Shown here one piece after another: positions 50,630 to 61,114 of a stretch of 64,000 nucleotides of DNA. Each line of letters begins with the position of its first letter. The stretch's first letter is position 1. The DNA comes from Alphaproteobacteria bacterium (GTDB lineage: Bacteria; Pseudomonadota; Alphaproteobacteria; SP197), in contig OZ219920.1 in assembly GCA_964291415.2 (NCBI GenBank), forward strand, positions 128,001 through 192,000, in the 5' to 3' direction. Made by a program: the position numbers and the translations under genes. A model generated the notes under the pieces. It was not told the DNA's origin, searched no databases, and saw only the letters and a list, made by a program, of their open reading frames with translations.

Positions 50630-52186
50630 TCAGGTAAAGGAGTCCGGCATGGAGAGCTTCCGGCGGGCAATCCAGTCATCGAGTTCCTCGGCGACTGCGG
50701 GATCCATGGCCGGAGCCTCATAGTCGGCGAGCATGTCCTTCCACAACTGGTTGGCGCGTCTGGCGGCATCGAGCGACCCGTCTGCCTCCCACTGCTCGAA
50801 GCTGTTGTTGTCAGCGATGGTCGAACGGTAGAAGGCGGACTGGAAATTGTTCTGGGTATGATCGCATCCCAGGAAATGACTGCCCGGTCCGACCTCGCGG
50901 ATGGCGTCCATGGCCTGTCCGTTCTCCGAAAGATCGACCCCCCGGCCCAGCACCTGCATCATGCCGATCTGGTCGGCGTCCATGACGAACTTCTCGTAGC
51001 CCGAGGCCAGGCCACCCTCGAGCCAGCCCGCGGCATGCAGCACGAAGTTGACACCCCCCAGAAGTGTGGGAAGGAGGGTTTGCGCGCTTTCGTAGGCAGC
51101 CTGGGCGTCGGGAACCTTGGACCCGCACAGCGAGCCGCCTGACCGGAAGGGGACGCCCAGGCGCCTGGCGAGTTGTGCCGAGGCGAAGAGCACCAGTGCC
51201 GGTTCCGGTGTGCCGAACGTGGGCGCTCCGGATTGCATCGAAATCGAACTGCCGAACGTGCCGAACACGACGGGCGTTCCCTTGCGCACCAGTTGGGTTG
51301 TGGCCATGCCGACGAGGGCCTCTGCCAGGATCTGCGAGACAGTTCCTGCGACGGTCACCGGACTCATCGCGCCCGACAGGATGAAGGGAGACACGACACA
51401 GGCCTGCCCCGCCGCGGCATAGACCTTGAGGGCGCCGAGCATCGTGCCGTCGAAGGTCATAGGCGAGTTGGCATTGATGAGATTGATGATGCAGCAGTGG
51501 TCGTCGACCGTTTCGCCGCCAAGAGCGATTCGCGCCAGTTCAATGGTGTCTGCCGCGCGTTCGGGCGCGGTGACCGACCCCATGAAGGGCTTGTCGGAAT
51601 ACGCGAGGTGGGCATGCACCATGTCGAGGTGGCGCTTGTTGACGGGGATGTCGACCGGCTCGCAGACCGTTCCCCCCGAGTGGTGCATGGCCGGCGTCAT
51701 GTAGGCAAGCTTCACGAAGTTGCGGAAGTCCTCGATGGTCGCGTAGCGGCGTCCGTCGTCGAGATTGTGGATGAAGGGCGGACCATAGACCGGGGCGAAC
51801 ACGGTGGCGCCGTCGCCGATCTTGACGTTGCGTTGCGGGTTGCGTGCGCGCTGGGTGAACGATGAGGGTGCGGTGGCAAGCAGGCTGCGGGCGAGGCCCC
51901 TGGGAAAGTGGAGCGTTTCGCCGTCATCGGCGACATCGGCGCCGGCGTCACGCCACATGGCGATGGTGTCGGGGTCGTCCTTGATGGCGATCCCCACCTC
52001 TTCCATGATGACTTCGGCGTTGTCTTCGATGATCTCCAGGCCCTCTTGCGAGAGCACGTCAAACACCGGGACATTGCGCTGGATGTAGGGGAGCGGTGTT
52101 GTGTCGAAACGCCGGCTGCGCAATGCCCTGCGGGCGCCGCTGCCGCCTCGTTCGCGACGCCCGCCGCGTCGCCGGTTCCCGCTCAT
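50630..52186 (-). CDS. Trimethylamine methyltransferase (MttB) family protein, non-pyrrolysine
   Basis: GAMSPVT.AG, SGAPTFGTPE, SKVPDAQA and HAAGWLEGGL motifs. No in-frame amber codon. Confidence 0.92.
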   Translation of the reverse strand: MSGNRRRGGRRERGGSGARRALRSRRFDTTPLPYIQRNVPVFDVLSQEGLEIIEDNAEVIMEEVGIAIKDDPDTIAMWRDAGADVADDGETLHFPRGLARSLLATAPSSFTQRARNPQRNVKIGDGATVFAPVYGPPFIHNLDDGRRYATIEDFRNFVKLAYMTPAMHHSGGTVCEPVDIPVNKRHLDMVHAHLAYSDKPFMGSVTAPERAADTIELARIALGGETVDDHCCIINLINANSPMTFDGTMLGALKVYAAAGQACVVSPFILSGAMSPVTVAGTVSQILAEALVGMATTQLVRKGTPVVFGTFGSSISMQSGAPTFGTPEPALVLFASAQLARRLGVPFRSGGSLCGSKVPDAQAAYESAQTLLPTLLGGVNFVLHAAGWLEGGLASGYEKFVMDADQIGMMQVLGRGVDLSENGQAMDAIREVGPGSHFLGCDHTQNNFQSAFYRSTIADNNSFEQWEADGSLDAARRANQLWKDMLADYEAPAMDPAVAEELDDWIARRKLSMPDSFT

Positions 52187-52336
52187 GAATGCCTCGCTGG
52201 AGCGTGTGGCTTGCGCCCCGGGAAGGGGCACGCATCTGTCGCACAGGCGCCCGGGCCGATCAAGGGCGGGGAATGTTCTTGCGGCGGCGAGGGCACAGTG
52301 CGTAATAGGGTTGTCACGACCTGGAGTGATCAGACG

Positions 52337-52786
52337 ATGCAGCAGCGTGCCCGTCCAGTCGGCATCAACCACATCGCCCTTGAAGTCGGCGACATCGCCG
52401 AGGCGATGGCCTTCTACCAGGGATTTCTTGACTTCGAGATTGCCAGGCAGTCTTCCGATGCCGCCTTCGTCTACTTTGGCGACCAGTTCATCAATTTCAT
52501 GACGCCCCGCAGCCAGGGCCCCGACGAGGGGAGGCACTTTGGCATCGCGGTCGACGACAAGCAGGCGGCCATCGCCAGGCTCGAGGAGATGGGCGTGGAG
52601 CTGTTGCCGGGCCGGTTCACCGATTTTCTCGACCCCTGGGGCAACCGGGTGGAACTCACCACCTACACGAACATCCAGTACACCAAGGCCGATCACGTGC
52701 TGAAGGGCATGGGTCTCGGCCATCTCGGGAAGACAGAGAGCGCCATTGCCGAACTCGCCGCCAAGGGCATGGCGCCTGAAGGCTGA
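52337..52786 (+). CDS. VOC (glyoxalase-like) family protein
   Basis: GINHIALEV, HFGIAV and DPWGNRVE motifs. Confidence 0.88.
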   Translation: MQQRARPVGINHIALEVGDIAEAMAFYQGFLDFEIARQSSDAAFVYFGDQFINFMTPRSQGPDEGRHFGIAVDDKQAAIARLEEMGVELLPGRFTDFLDPWGNRVELTTYTNIQYTKADHVLKGMGLGHLGKTESAIAELAAKGMAPEG

Positions 52787-52813
52787 CCAGCTGCTTCGAA
52801 GGGAAAGAGGACG

Positions 52814-55249
52814 ATGAAATCCCACGCACGTGTGGTCGTGATCGGCGGCGGTGTCGTCGGCGCCGCCACGCTCTATCACCTCGCAAGGAAAGGCTGGAGC
52901 GACGTCGTGCTCGTCGAGCGCCGAGAGCTGACCTCCGGTTCGACCTGGCATGCAGCGGGCCTGCTGCCGCTCTTCAACATGAGCTACTCGGTGGGCCAGG
53001 TCCACAAGTACTCGGTCCGCTTCTACCAGGAACTCCAGGAAGAGACCGGGATGGATGTCGGTTTTCGCAAGGTCTCCAACATTCGTCTCGCCATGAACCG
53101 GGACCGCATGGACGAGTACCACCAGTACGCCGGTGTCGCAGAGACCATCGGTGTCGAGGTGAAATTCCTGTCGCCTGAGGAGGTCGGGGAGATCTGGCCG
53201 CTGTGCAACACCGAAGGTCTTGTCGGCGCCATCCAGCATCCCGAGGACGGTTACATCCAGCCGGCCGATCTCACTCAGGCGTTCGCGACCGGGGCCCGCA
53301 ACCGTGGCGCCGATATCCATCGCAACTGCACCGTGACGGCCCTTGAACGCAACCGGTCCGGCGAGTGGTGCGTCACCACGGACCACGGGTCCATCACCTG
53401 CGAACACGTGGTCAGTGCCTCTGGAAGTTTCGCCCGCCAGGTCGGCGCCATGGCCGGTCTCGAGGTGCCGGTCATTCCGGTGGAGCACCAGTACATCGTC
53501 ACGGAACCTCATGCGGACCTCCAGCAGCGCCAGGCCGACGGTCTGCCCGAGCTGGGAGTGCTGCGGGAGTCGGATGGTTCCTGGTACATGCGCGAGGAGA
53601 GGGCGGGGTTCATTCTCGGGCCCTACGAGATCGGGGCTCCGGCGTGCTACGTCGATGGTCCGGCCGATGACATGGAGTACGAGCTCTTCCAGGAGGACCT
53701 TGACCGCCTGGCGCCGCACATCGAATCGGCGATCAACCGGGTGCCGGCCTTTGGCGAGGTTGGCGTCAAGCAGGTCTACAACGGGGCCATCTGCTACACG
53801 CCCGACGGCTCACCGATCATCGGACCGGCCTGGGGTGTCGAGAACTTCTGGCTCAACGAGGGTCACAGCTTCGGCATCACGGCCGCCGGCGGAGCAGGCT
53901 GGCAGCTCGCCGAGTGGATCGTCGACGGCGAGCCGACCATCGACATGCTGGGCGTCGACCCGCGCCGCTTTGGCGACTACGCCACACACTCCTACCTGGT
54001 GGCGAAGAACGAGGAAGCCTATGCCAACGTGTTCACCATCCACTATCCGGATGAAGAACGGCCGGCAGCCCGCCCGCTGCGCCAGGCGCCCTCCTATGAC
54101 CGTCTGAAGGAGCTTGGCGCCGTGTTCGGCCAGAAGTTCGGCTGGGAACGGGCCAACTGGTTTGCTCCCTCCGGCATGGCGCAGGAGGACCACTGGTCCT
54201 TCCGTCGCTCGCGCTGGTTCGAACCGGTCGGCAACGAGGTGGAGAACGTCCACAACAATGTAGGCGTCCTCGACATGACGGCCTTCGCCAAGTGCCGGAT
54301 CGCCGGACCGGGTGCGGAAGAATTCCTTGAGGGCATGATTGCCAACCGGTTGCCCCGGAGCATTGGCAGGGTGGGTCTCGTCCACGCGCTCACCGATCGC
54401 GGCGGGGTCCACTCCGAGTTCACGGTGTTTCGGGAGTCACAGGAGAGCTTCTACGTCGTTTCCGCCGGCGCCCTGCAGCGCCTCGATCACGACTGGCTCA
54501 CCAGGCACATGCCGTCCGACGGGTCCGTCACATTCACCAACATCACCAACCAGATGGGGGTTCTGGTGGTTGCCGGCCCGCGTTCGCGGGATCTGCTTTC
54601 GGGCCTGACCCGCGACGATCTCTCGAATGAGCGCTTTCGCTGGCTCTCCGGGCGCTGGATCGATGTCGGCCTGGCGCCGGCACTTGCCCTGCGCATGAAC
54701 TTCGTCGGTGAACTGGGATGGGAACTGCATCACCCGATCGAGTACCAGAACCACATCTTCGATGCCCTCATGACCGCAGGCGCCGATCTTGGACTGAGGC
54801 CTTTCGGTATCCGGGCCATGGAGGCGATGCGGATCGAGAAGTCGTACCGCATGGTGGGTCAGGAGCTCTCCATCGAATATGCGGCCCTGGAGAGCGGCCT
54901 CGATCGCTTTGTGCGTCTCGACAAGAACGACTTCAAGGGACGCGCCGGGCTGGTGGCGTGGCAGGAACGCGGGTTCGCCAACCGTTTCGTCACCATGGTG
55001 GTGCACGATGTCGACGATGCCGATGCCCTTGGCAACAATCCTGTTCGCCGCGACGGCGAACTCGTTGGCCGGGCCACATCGGGTGGCTACGGATTCCGGC
55101 TCGGCCAGTCCCTGGCACTGGCCATGGTGCATCCCGATGCCGGTGAACCGGGAACCGAACTGACCATCGACATCCTCGGCCGCACCTTCCAGGCCACCGT
55201 CTGCGCAGAATCGCCTTTCGATCCGGACAACGAACGGCTCCGGTCCTGA
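52814..55249 (+). CDS. Dimethylglycine/sarcosine dehydrogenase-like (DAO plus GcvT folate-binding domains)
   Basis: TSGSTWHAAG flavinylation motif, TPDG.P, GELGWELH and RIEK. Confidence 0.92.
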   Translation: MKSHARVVVIGGGVVGAATLYHLARKGWSDVVLVERRELTSGSTWHAAGLLPLFNMSYSVGQVHKYSVRFYQELQEETGMDVGFRKVSNIRLAMNRDRMDEYHQYAGVAETIGVEVKFLSPEEVGEIWPLCNTEGLVGAIQHPEDGYIQPADLTQAFATGARNRGADIHRNCTVTALERNRSGEWCVTTDHGSITCEHVVSASGSFARQVGAMAGLEVPVIPVEHQYIVTEPHADLQQRQADGLPELGVLRESDGSWYMREERAGFILGPYEIGAPACYVDGPADDMEYELFQEDLDRLAPHIESAINRVPAFGEVGVKQVYNGAICYTPDGSPIIGPAWGVENFWLNEGHSFGITAAGGAGWQLAEWIVDGEPTIDMLGVDPRRFGDYATHSYLVAKNEEAYANVFTIHYPDEERPAARPLRQAPSYDRLKELGAVFGQKFGWERANWFAPSGMAQEDHWSFRRSRWFEPVGNEVENVHNNVGVLDMTAFAKCRIAGPGAEEFLEGMIANRLPRSIGRVGLVHALTDRGGVHSEFTVFRESQESFYVVSAGALQRLDHDWLTRHMPSDGSVTFTNITNQMGVLVVAGPRSRDLLSGLTRDDLSNERFRWLSGRWIDVGLAPALALRMNFVGELGWELHHPIEYQNHIFDALMTAGADLGLRPFGIRAMEAMRIEKSYRMVGQELSIEYAALESGLDRFVRLDKNDFKGRAGLVAWQERGFANRFVTMVVHDVDDADALGNNPVRRDGELVGRATSGGYGFRLGQSLALAMVHPDAGEPGTELTIDILGRTFQATVCAESPFDPDNERLRS

Positions 55250-55397
55250 CCAAGGGGGCCATGGCGGTGGAATGCTGAAGAGCGGCCGACCAGACGCCGG
55301 CAGCTGATATCGGGGGAGGGATGCCACGAACCTGAACATGTTCGGCAGGCGACCTGGCGGGCCACAACATCCGTGCACATCAATCAGGGAGACAACG

Positions 55398-56234
55398 ATG
55401 GATCGCGACACGACCCCGGAGGCGTCGACACCCTCCTACACCATGGGCTACGGCCCGGAATTCCGGAAGATGCTGGAGCGCAGGAATGCGGCCGTAACCG
55501 CCGCCTATCTGCTGCCTCGACTTCGACACGGCATGCGTCTTCTCGATCTGGGCTGTGGCCCCGGCACAATATCGGTCGGTCTGGCGGAGGCGGTGAACCC
55601 TGGTGAATTGCACGGCATCGACATGGAGGAGAGCCAGATTGACATGGCGCGTGAAGCCGCACGCGCAGGCGGACACGAGAACGCGTTCTTCCAGGCGGGC
55701 GACGCGACCGATCTTCCCTTCGAGGATGCTTCGTTCGACGTCGTTCACTGCCACGCATTGCTCAACCATGCGCCCGGCACCCAGGCAGTGCTGGCCGAGA
55801 TCATGCGGGTGCTGAAGCCCGGAGGCCTGGTTGCCGCGCGCGAGGTGGTTGGCGACTCCTCGTTTGTCGAGCCCGGGCACTATCTCGGCAACGAGGACGG
55901 CGCGTGGGAGACGTTCCTCAAGCTTCTCGCCGCCAACGGCGGCCATCCGCAGATGGGCAAGGAACTGAAGCGCGCGTTCGCCGACGCCGGGTTCGTGGAT
56001 ATCCATGCGACCGCCTCCTTCGAAACCTTCACGTCGGCCGAGGATCTCGCCTTTCTTCGCGACTTGATCATCGGCTGGTTCTTCGCGCCGGAGACGATGG
56101 GAGCCGCCATCAAGTTCGGCCTTGCGACACAGGATGCGTTCGATGGCTGGCGTGACGGGCTCGATCGGTGGATGACGGAGCCAGGCGCATTCGCTGCCTT
56201 TGCCTGGGGCGAGGCGATCGGGCGCAAGCCGTGA
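55398..56234 (+). CDS. Class I SAM-dependent methyltransferase
   Basis: LLDLGCGPG, LPFEDASFD and RVLKPGG motifs. Confidence 0.92.
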   Translation: MDRDTTPEASTPSYTMGYGPEFRKMLERRNAAVTAAYLLPRLRHGMRLLDLGCGPGTISVGLAEAVNPGELHGIDMEESQIDMAREAARAGGHENAFFQAGDATDLPFEDASFDVVHCHALLNHAPGTQAVLAEIMRVLKPGGLVAAREVVGDSSFVEPGHYLGNEDGAWETFLKLLAANGGHPQMGKELKRAFADAGFVDIHATASFETFTSAEDLAFLRDLIIGWFFAPETMGAAIKFGLATQDAFDGWRDGLDRWMTEPGAFAAFAWGEAIGRKP

Positions 56235-56343
56235 CAGCCGTCATGCCTGCCTCAGGGATCTGGCGGCGGAACGGATCGAGGTCCGCATCAAGACAATCGC
56301 GATTCCAGGAGTGAACGGGTTTCACCAGGGATAGGCAATCACG

Positions 56344-56520
56344 GAAACGGTCATCCAGGTGCCAGCCTCGCCAGGACCCTCTTCATGGGGTCAGGATGGA
56401 CCCATGTCGGGACCACACCGTGGCGCGGGCGCCACGAACTCCTCGGGAAACACAGTCTGCCCGACACGGACATCTGGCTGAGTCCCCTTCGCATGGACTG
56501 GAAACGCGTGATCCATCCAT
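56344..56520 (+). pseudogene. C-terminal remnant of a DUF4338 (DruA-like, transposon-associated) protein
   Basis: SGWTHVGTT.WRGR....DIWLSPLR.DWKR resembles GW..VG.T.GRGR...KDIWL.PL...WK. Confidence 0.55.
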
Positions 56521-56608
56521 GCACGTCACGGCGTGTCCGACTGGATAAACCGGCCTCCTTGTCCGGATCCCGTCCTGCCGGCCACCACCAAGGGCGCCGG
56601 CGAGAGCC

Positions 56609-57439
56609 TCACAGGGGGCCCACGACCTCGCTGCGTTGCGCGCCCAGCCCCTCGACTTCCAGGTGCAGGCGGTCGCCTGGCTGCAGGTAGACCGGCGGCC
56701 GGCGTCCCATGCCGACGCCCGCCGGTGTGCCGGTCAACATGACATCGCCGGGCTCGAGGGACATGAAACGGCTCACGAAATGCACCAGGTGGGCCACGGG
56801 AAAGATCATGTCGGCGGTTGTGCCGTCCTGCATGCGCTGACCGTTCACGTCCAGTGTGAGACGCAGATTCTGCGGGTCGGCGATCTCGTCGGCGGTGACA
56901 AGCCAGGGCCCCAGAGGGCACCACGTGTCGCCGGACTTGCCGAGCACCCACTGGCCGCTGCCCTTGGCCTGGAACTTGCGTTCGGAAACATCGTTCGCAA
57001 CGCAGTATCCGGCGACGTGGTCGAGCGCTGCGGCTTCGGAAACTTCGTATGCGCGCCTGCCGATGACGACAGCCAGTTCCACCTCCCAGTCGCAGTGACG
57101 GCTGTCGCGCAGCATGCGGATCGGATCATCCGGACCGTTCAGCGACGTCGTCGGCTTGAAGAAGACAATGGGTTCCACCGGCTTCTCGAGTCCCGCCTCG
57201 GCAGCGTGGTCGGCGTAGTTCAGTCCGATGCAGACAATCTTGCCGGTACCGGAGAGTGGCACTCCGAAGCGCGCCTTGCCGTCCACGAGAGGCAGCGCCT
57301 CGGCGTCGATGTCGCCCAAGCCTGACAGTGCGGCAGCATCGAGATCATCGAGTTCATGACCAAGATCCCTCAATCGTCCTTCGCCGTCGATCAGTCCCGG
57401 CCGTTCGCGGCCCGCTTCACCAAAGCGCACGAGTTTCAT
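56609..57439 (-). CDS. Fumarylacetoacetate hydrolase family protein
   Basis: CIGLNYADH, DWEVEL, NDVSER and TGTPAGVG motifs. Confidence 0.93.
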   Translation of the reverse strand: MKLVRFGEAGRERPGLIDGEGRLRDLGHELDDLDAAALSGLGDIDAEALPLVDGKARFGVPLSGTGKIVCIGLNYADHAAEAGLEKPVEPIVFFKPTTSLNGPDDPIRMLRDSRHCDWEVELAVVIGRRAYEVSEAAALDHVAGYCVANDVSERKFQAKGSGQWVLGKSGDTWCPLGPWLVTADEIADPQNLRLTLDVNGQRMQDGTTADMIFPVAHLVHFVSRFMSLEPGDVMLTGTPAGVGMGRRPPVYLQPGDRLHLEVEGLGAQRSEVVGPL

Positions 57440-57653
57440 CGATCATGTTCCGTTCTGAAGATCCGTGATCAGGATAGGATCGAATGATGCGTCGACCAAC
57501 GTGATTGTTGCCGGTGTCAACACGATTCGATGCCGAGGGAAACCGTCTGGCGGGGGGCCCCGGTCTTCCCACCGGTCACGAATTGCATGACCACGTCCAG
57601 AAGCGCGGCCGGCGATGCGACGGGACCCCTCGGGACAATGGTCCCGTCGACCG

Positions 57654-58970
57654 CTATCTGATGAGACGCCGGATCTCGGCGGAAGCCGGGATCCTGCCCG
57701 TCTTGACGTATCCCTCGTGATTTCGCTCGATTGTCTTGAGGTCGTACAGGTAGTTGACCATCAGTCCGGCAGACTCCGACAGTCCCTTGTGGGACAGGTC
57801 GCCGAGCCAGTTGATCCTCTCGAGACGTGCACCGTTTCGCAGGTGGAAGCGGGCGACCGGATCCAGGGGGCGACCGTCGGACCCGGCCTTCAGGAGATAG
57901 CGAGCGCACAGACGCATCAGCGGCTTGCGTACGCGCTCCGCGACCTCACTGTCTCGGTGCCAGTCCGGCGTCGAGATGTGTGCCAGCGCCTCCGCTTCGT
58001 CGGCGGGGATCGTTGAATCCGCGTCGTGGCCGAGGGTCGCAAGCCAGGAGCGCAGTCGGGGTATGGGCGAGAGTGTGGCGAAGGCCTTGAGGTTCGGCAT
58101 CTCGCGGGCGAGTTCGACCACGACCTGCTTGATGAGGAAGTTTCCGAACGAAATTCCCACGAGTCCGGCCTGGCAGTTGTTGATCGCATAGAAGATCGCG
58201 GTATCCGCCTCTCGCGGGTCGAAGACTTCGCCGCCGTCGGCAAGCAACGGCTGCACGGCGCTTGCCATGCCGCGGGTCAGTGCCACCTCCACGAAGATCA
58301 GCGGCTCATCTGCGAGCGCCGGGTGAAAGAACGCAAAGCACCGCCTGTCGTCGGCGAGTCGGCGTCGGAGCTCGTCCCATCCCGTCATCGCGTGGACGCT
58401 TTCGTAGGCCATGATCTTCTGCAGCAGCGCAGCGGAGCTCTCCCATTGAATCTGCCTGAGATGGAGGAAACCACGGTTGAACCAGGAAGCGAGCAGGTGC
58501 ACGAGATCCGCATCGACAGCCTTGAGCGACGAATCGTCAGGCAACAGCTGAAGAAGGTCCCCGCGCATGGCCACGATGGTCGCCGTGCCCTCGGGAGCCA
58601 TGTTGATGCGGCGGAACAACTCCTGTCTTGGCGACTCGATCGCCGTGGTCAGTTCCATGAGTGTCTCGAAGCCGGGAGCCGCCTTGTAGGCGTCGCCGGC
58701 CGCATGGATCGCATCCGGGGCGGGCCCGTAATGGGCGGCGAGCATTGAGAAGAAGGCGCGTTTCTCCGCACGCGTCATCGCGCGATACGCGTCGGTGACG
58801 TCGCGGGCGAGCGCCGTGCCCGACGCTTCGCCTCGCGTCGACAGCAGTGCTTCGCAGAGCGGGTGCGGCGACTGCCTGTGCGGTCTCGTCGCAGGCGTGC
58901 CGCGCCGCAGCAGTTCGCGGCCTGCATCCGCGACCGAGTGCAGGACCTGATTCAGGCGTGACGTCCCCAT
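57654..58970 (-). CDS. Malonyl-CoA decarboxylase
   Basis: SWFNRGFL, YESVH, EPLIFVEVAL, ATLSPIP and DPVARFHLRNGA motifs. Confidence 0.92.
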   Translation of the reverse strand: MGTSRLNQVLHSVADAGRELLRRGTPATRPHRQSPHPLCEALLSTRGEASGTALARDVTDAYRAMTRAEKRAFFSMLAAHYGPAPDAIHAAGDAYKAAPGFETLMELTTAIESPRQELFRRINMAPEGTATIVAMRGDLLQLLPDDSSLKAVDADLVHLLASWFNRGFLHLRQIQWESSAALLQKIMAYESVHAMTGWDELRRRLADDRRCFAFFHPALADEPLIFVEVALTRGMASAVQPLLADGGEVFDPREADTAIFYAINNCQAGLVGISFGNFLIKQVVVELAREMPNLKAFATLSPIPRLRSWLATLGHDADSTIPADEAEALAHISTPDWHRDSEVAERVRKPLMRLCARYLLKAGSDGRPLDPVARFHLRNGARLERINWLGDLSHKGLSESAGLMVNYLYDLKTIERNHEGYVKTGRIPASAEIRRLIR

Positions 58971-59189
58971 GCCTGCCGAAACTCCCGTAGCGACCCGAAC
59001 GTAGCCGTCCGCCAACAACCGGGCAATCGGCCGCAGCGCCATTCACAGTGTGCAGGAAGCGTGTTCCGGGTGATTCACGAGAATGAGCCGGTATTCGAAG
59101 GCGTGTTGCGCGCGAGCCGCCATTGACTCCGTCACCCTCCCTGAGTGGGCTCATGCAGCGCGTCGGAAGTGTTGCATTTGATCAATGTA

Positions 59190-59207
59190 TGACCTAAATG
59201 TTGGTCA
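59190..59207. promoter_or_regulatory. Possible vapBC operator
   Basis: TGACC-N8-GGTCA inverted repeat 20 bp before the antitoxin ATG. Confidence 0.45.
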
Positions 59208-59227
59208 CTTTAGGCGAGTTTCGTCTC

Positions 59228-59464
59228 ATGCAGATCGCAGTCGCAGAAGCCAAGGCCCACTTCGCCGAGTTGATTCGCCGTGCCGAAGCTGGTGAGGCGA
59301 TTGAACTGACTCGCTACGGGCGGCCCGTGGCGCGAATCGTTGCGGTCGAATGCGCACCCTCGGGACCACTGATCGGCGCGCTGAAGGGGCAATTCACGGT
59401 TCCTGAGGACTTTTTCGAAGGGGATGCCGAAATCGGGGAGATGTTCGGTTCTCGCGAGGTCTGA
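59228..59464 (+). CDS. Phd/YefM family antitoxin
   Basis: EAKAHFAELIRRAEAGE.I.LTRYGRPVARIV. Confidence 0.9.
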   Translation: MQIAVAEAKAHFAELIRRAEAGEAIELTRYGRPVARIVAVECAPSGPLIGALKGQFTVPEDFFEGDAEIGEMFGSREV

Positions 59465-59833
59465 GTGAAGCTCCTTCTCGACACACATGTTCTGCTCTGG
59501 GCTCTGGCCGACGATCAGCGCCTGACGTCCGCGCAGGCCAGCGCAATCGGCCGGGGAAACCTCTACCTTTCGGCGGCCAGCATTTGGGAGGTCGCGATCA
59601 AGCGTAGGCTTGGCAAGCTGGTTGTGCCCGAGAATTTCGCGGATGTCGCTGTCGATGCCGGCTGCCGTCCGCTTCCGATCAGCTGGGCGCATGCCGATGC
59701 GGCTGCGGCGTTGCCAGCGCATCATGCAGATCCGTTCGATCGGATGCTGATTGCCCAGGCACAGATTGAAGGTCTGACGGTCCTGAGTTCGGATTCCCGT
59801 TTCAAGGCCTATGACATCGACTTGATTGATTAG
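59465..59833 (+). CDS. vapC: VapC family PIN-domain toxin
   Basis: LLLDTHVLLW, SIWE and HADPFDRMLIAQA motifs. Confidence 0.92.
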   Translation: MKLLLDTHVLLWALADDQRLTSAQASAIGRGNLYLSAASIWEVAIKRRLGKLVVPENFADVAVDAGCRPLPISWAHADAAAALPAHHADPFDRMLIAQAQIEGLTVLSSDSRFKAYDIDLID

Positions 59834-60115
59834 GGGACTGCGTTCACCGGTTGACAGAATTCAGGCGACGGCCGTAGCGCCGGTACTCCGCAAGGCGCGG
59901 AGAACTCGCTGGGAAATGAGGAACAAGCCACTCCCCACGCGGACGACAACGTCCGCACGCTGTTGGCCAGAGACTTCGGGCAGGTCGATCAGCAGGAACT
60001 CGGGCAGCGTCCGGATATCCCTGTGCCGGTGGCATGCGTTCTTCCGTCATGGCGCCTTCCAATGGCGGAATCCGGTCCGGAAATGACAGGTCCCTTGTGC
60101 CCGGGTCGTTGGCAT

Positions 60116-61102
60116 TCAGGCCCAGTCGCCGGCACCTTCCCGCACCGGGCGCGCTTTCCCGAGCCCGATCACGTGGAAGTCCGCGATCGTCTCGTTGTCC
60201 GGAAGCGGCCCTTTCCCGGTCTCCCCGGATTTCCGGGCCACGCTCTTCAGTCTCTGCAGCGTGTCGCTGCCAGCAACGGCTCGCGCATCCCCGCCGTAGT
60301 AGTCGAACCAGGGCATGCCGGCGGCAGAGTAATCCTGCGCTGTCGGCGGCCTGGTTGGCGGCCGCTCTCCGGTCACCGCCAACCATTGGAGGGAGTTGAG
60401 CAGCGAAACAAAGCAGCGGCTGGTGTGCCGCTGGTCCCAGACATCGAGCCCGTAGGGATCATCGTAGATTTCCTGCTTCATCCGGCCGCCCGGCGCAAGG
60501 CCCATGGGGCTCTCCAAGGCGGCATACATCACATCGCCTTGCTGCAACCTGACCGACTCCGATCGGATCGCCTCATAGCGCTCGGCCTTCATGGGATAGG
60601 CCGCCAATTGAACTCCGCCGTGGACCGCGGCCCCGGTCAGCTGTTCTTCGACAGTCCAGCCTTCGCCGAGCGGCATGGCGACGAACTGGTGGATGACGCC
60701 TTTCTCGATGCAATAGCCGTCGAGCCAGGGTTGTTCGGGCAGCACCGCGTAGTCCTGCGGGTCGCGGTTCAGCCGGGCGACCCAGGAATCGCCCGTGATC
60801 GCGCAGATCTTGCCGGCCGCCACCTTCACGGCGAAGGGATAGTCCGAGTGGAAGTTGAGCCACATCGCCTCGGCCTGGTGCATCGGTGCCATCACGCCGC
60901 CCCGCACGCGCCATGATTCCGGAAGCCGTGCCGCGTAGTCGTCGAGGTGGCGAAGCGGAAAGGCGCCGAAGCCGGGCGGCAGCGGATAGTCGCGGCCGTC
61001 GTCCGGGATGCGCAGGGTGCGCTGGAATTCGATGGCGCAGCGCGCCCTGGCGTGGACCTCCGGAAAGCTGAATTCCAGACGGTTGTCTTCAAGCACGATC
61101 AT
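60116..61102 (-). CDS. Conserved hypothetical protein of unknown function
   Basis: 328-aa ORF with a GGAGG RBS. Motif-like blocks FQRTLRIPDD, QPWLDG, QFVAMPLG and MGLAPGG. Confidence 0.8.
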   Translation of the reverse strand: MIVLEDNRLEFSFPEVHARARCAIEFQRTLRIPDDGRDYPLPPGFGAFPLRHLDDYAARLPESWRVRGGVMAPMHQAEAMWLNFHSDYPFAVKVAAGKICAITGDSWVARLNRDPQDYAVLPEQPWLDGYCIEKGVIHQFVAMPLGEGWTVEEQLTGAAVHGGVQLAAYPMKAERYEAIRSESVRLQQGDVMYAALESPMGLAPGGRMKQEIYDDPYGLDVWDQRHTSRCFVSLLNSLQWLAVTGERPPTRPPTAQDYSAAGMPWFDYYGGDARAVAGSDTLQRLKSVARKSGETGKGPLPDNETIADFHVIGLGKARPVREGAGDWA

Positions 61103-61114
61103 TGGTGTTCCTCC

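Noticed and set aside
50630-53719. 1029-aa fusion ORF, and similar N-terminal extensions at 24964-27081, 27297-28763 and 28816-31464
   Set aside because: The extensions overlap genuine genes in other frames or strands. Family similarity begins only at the re-picked starts.
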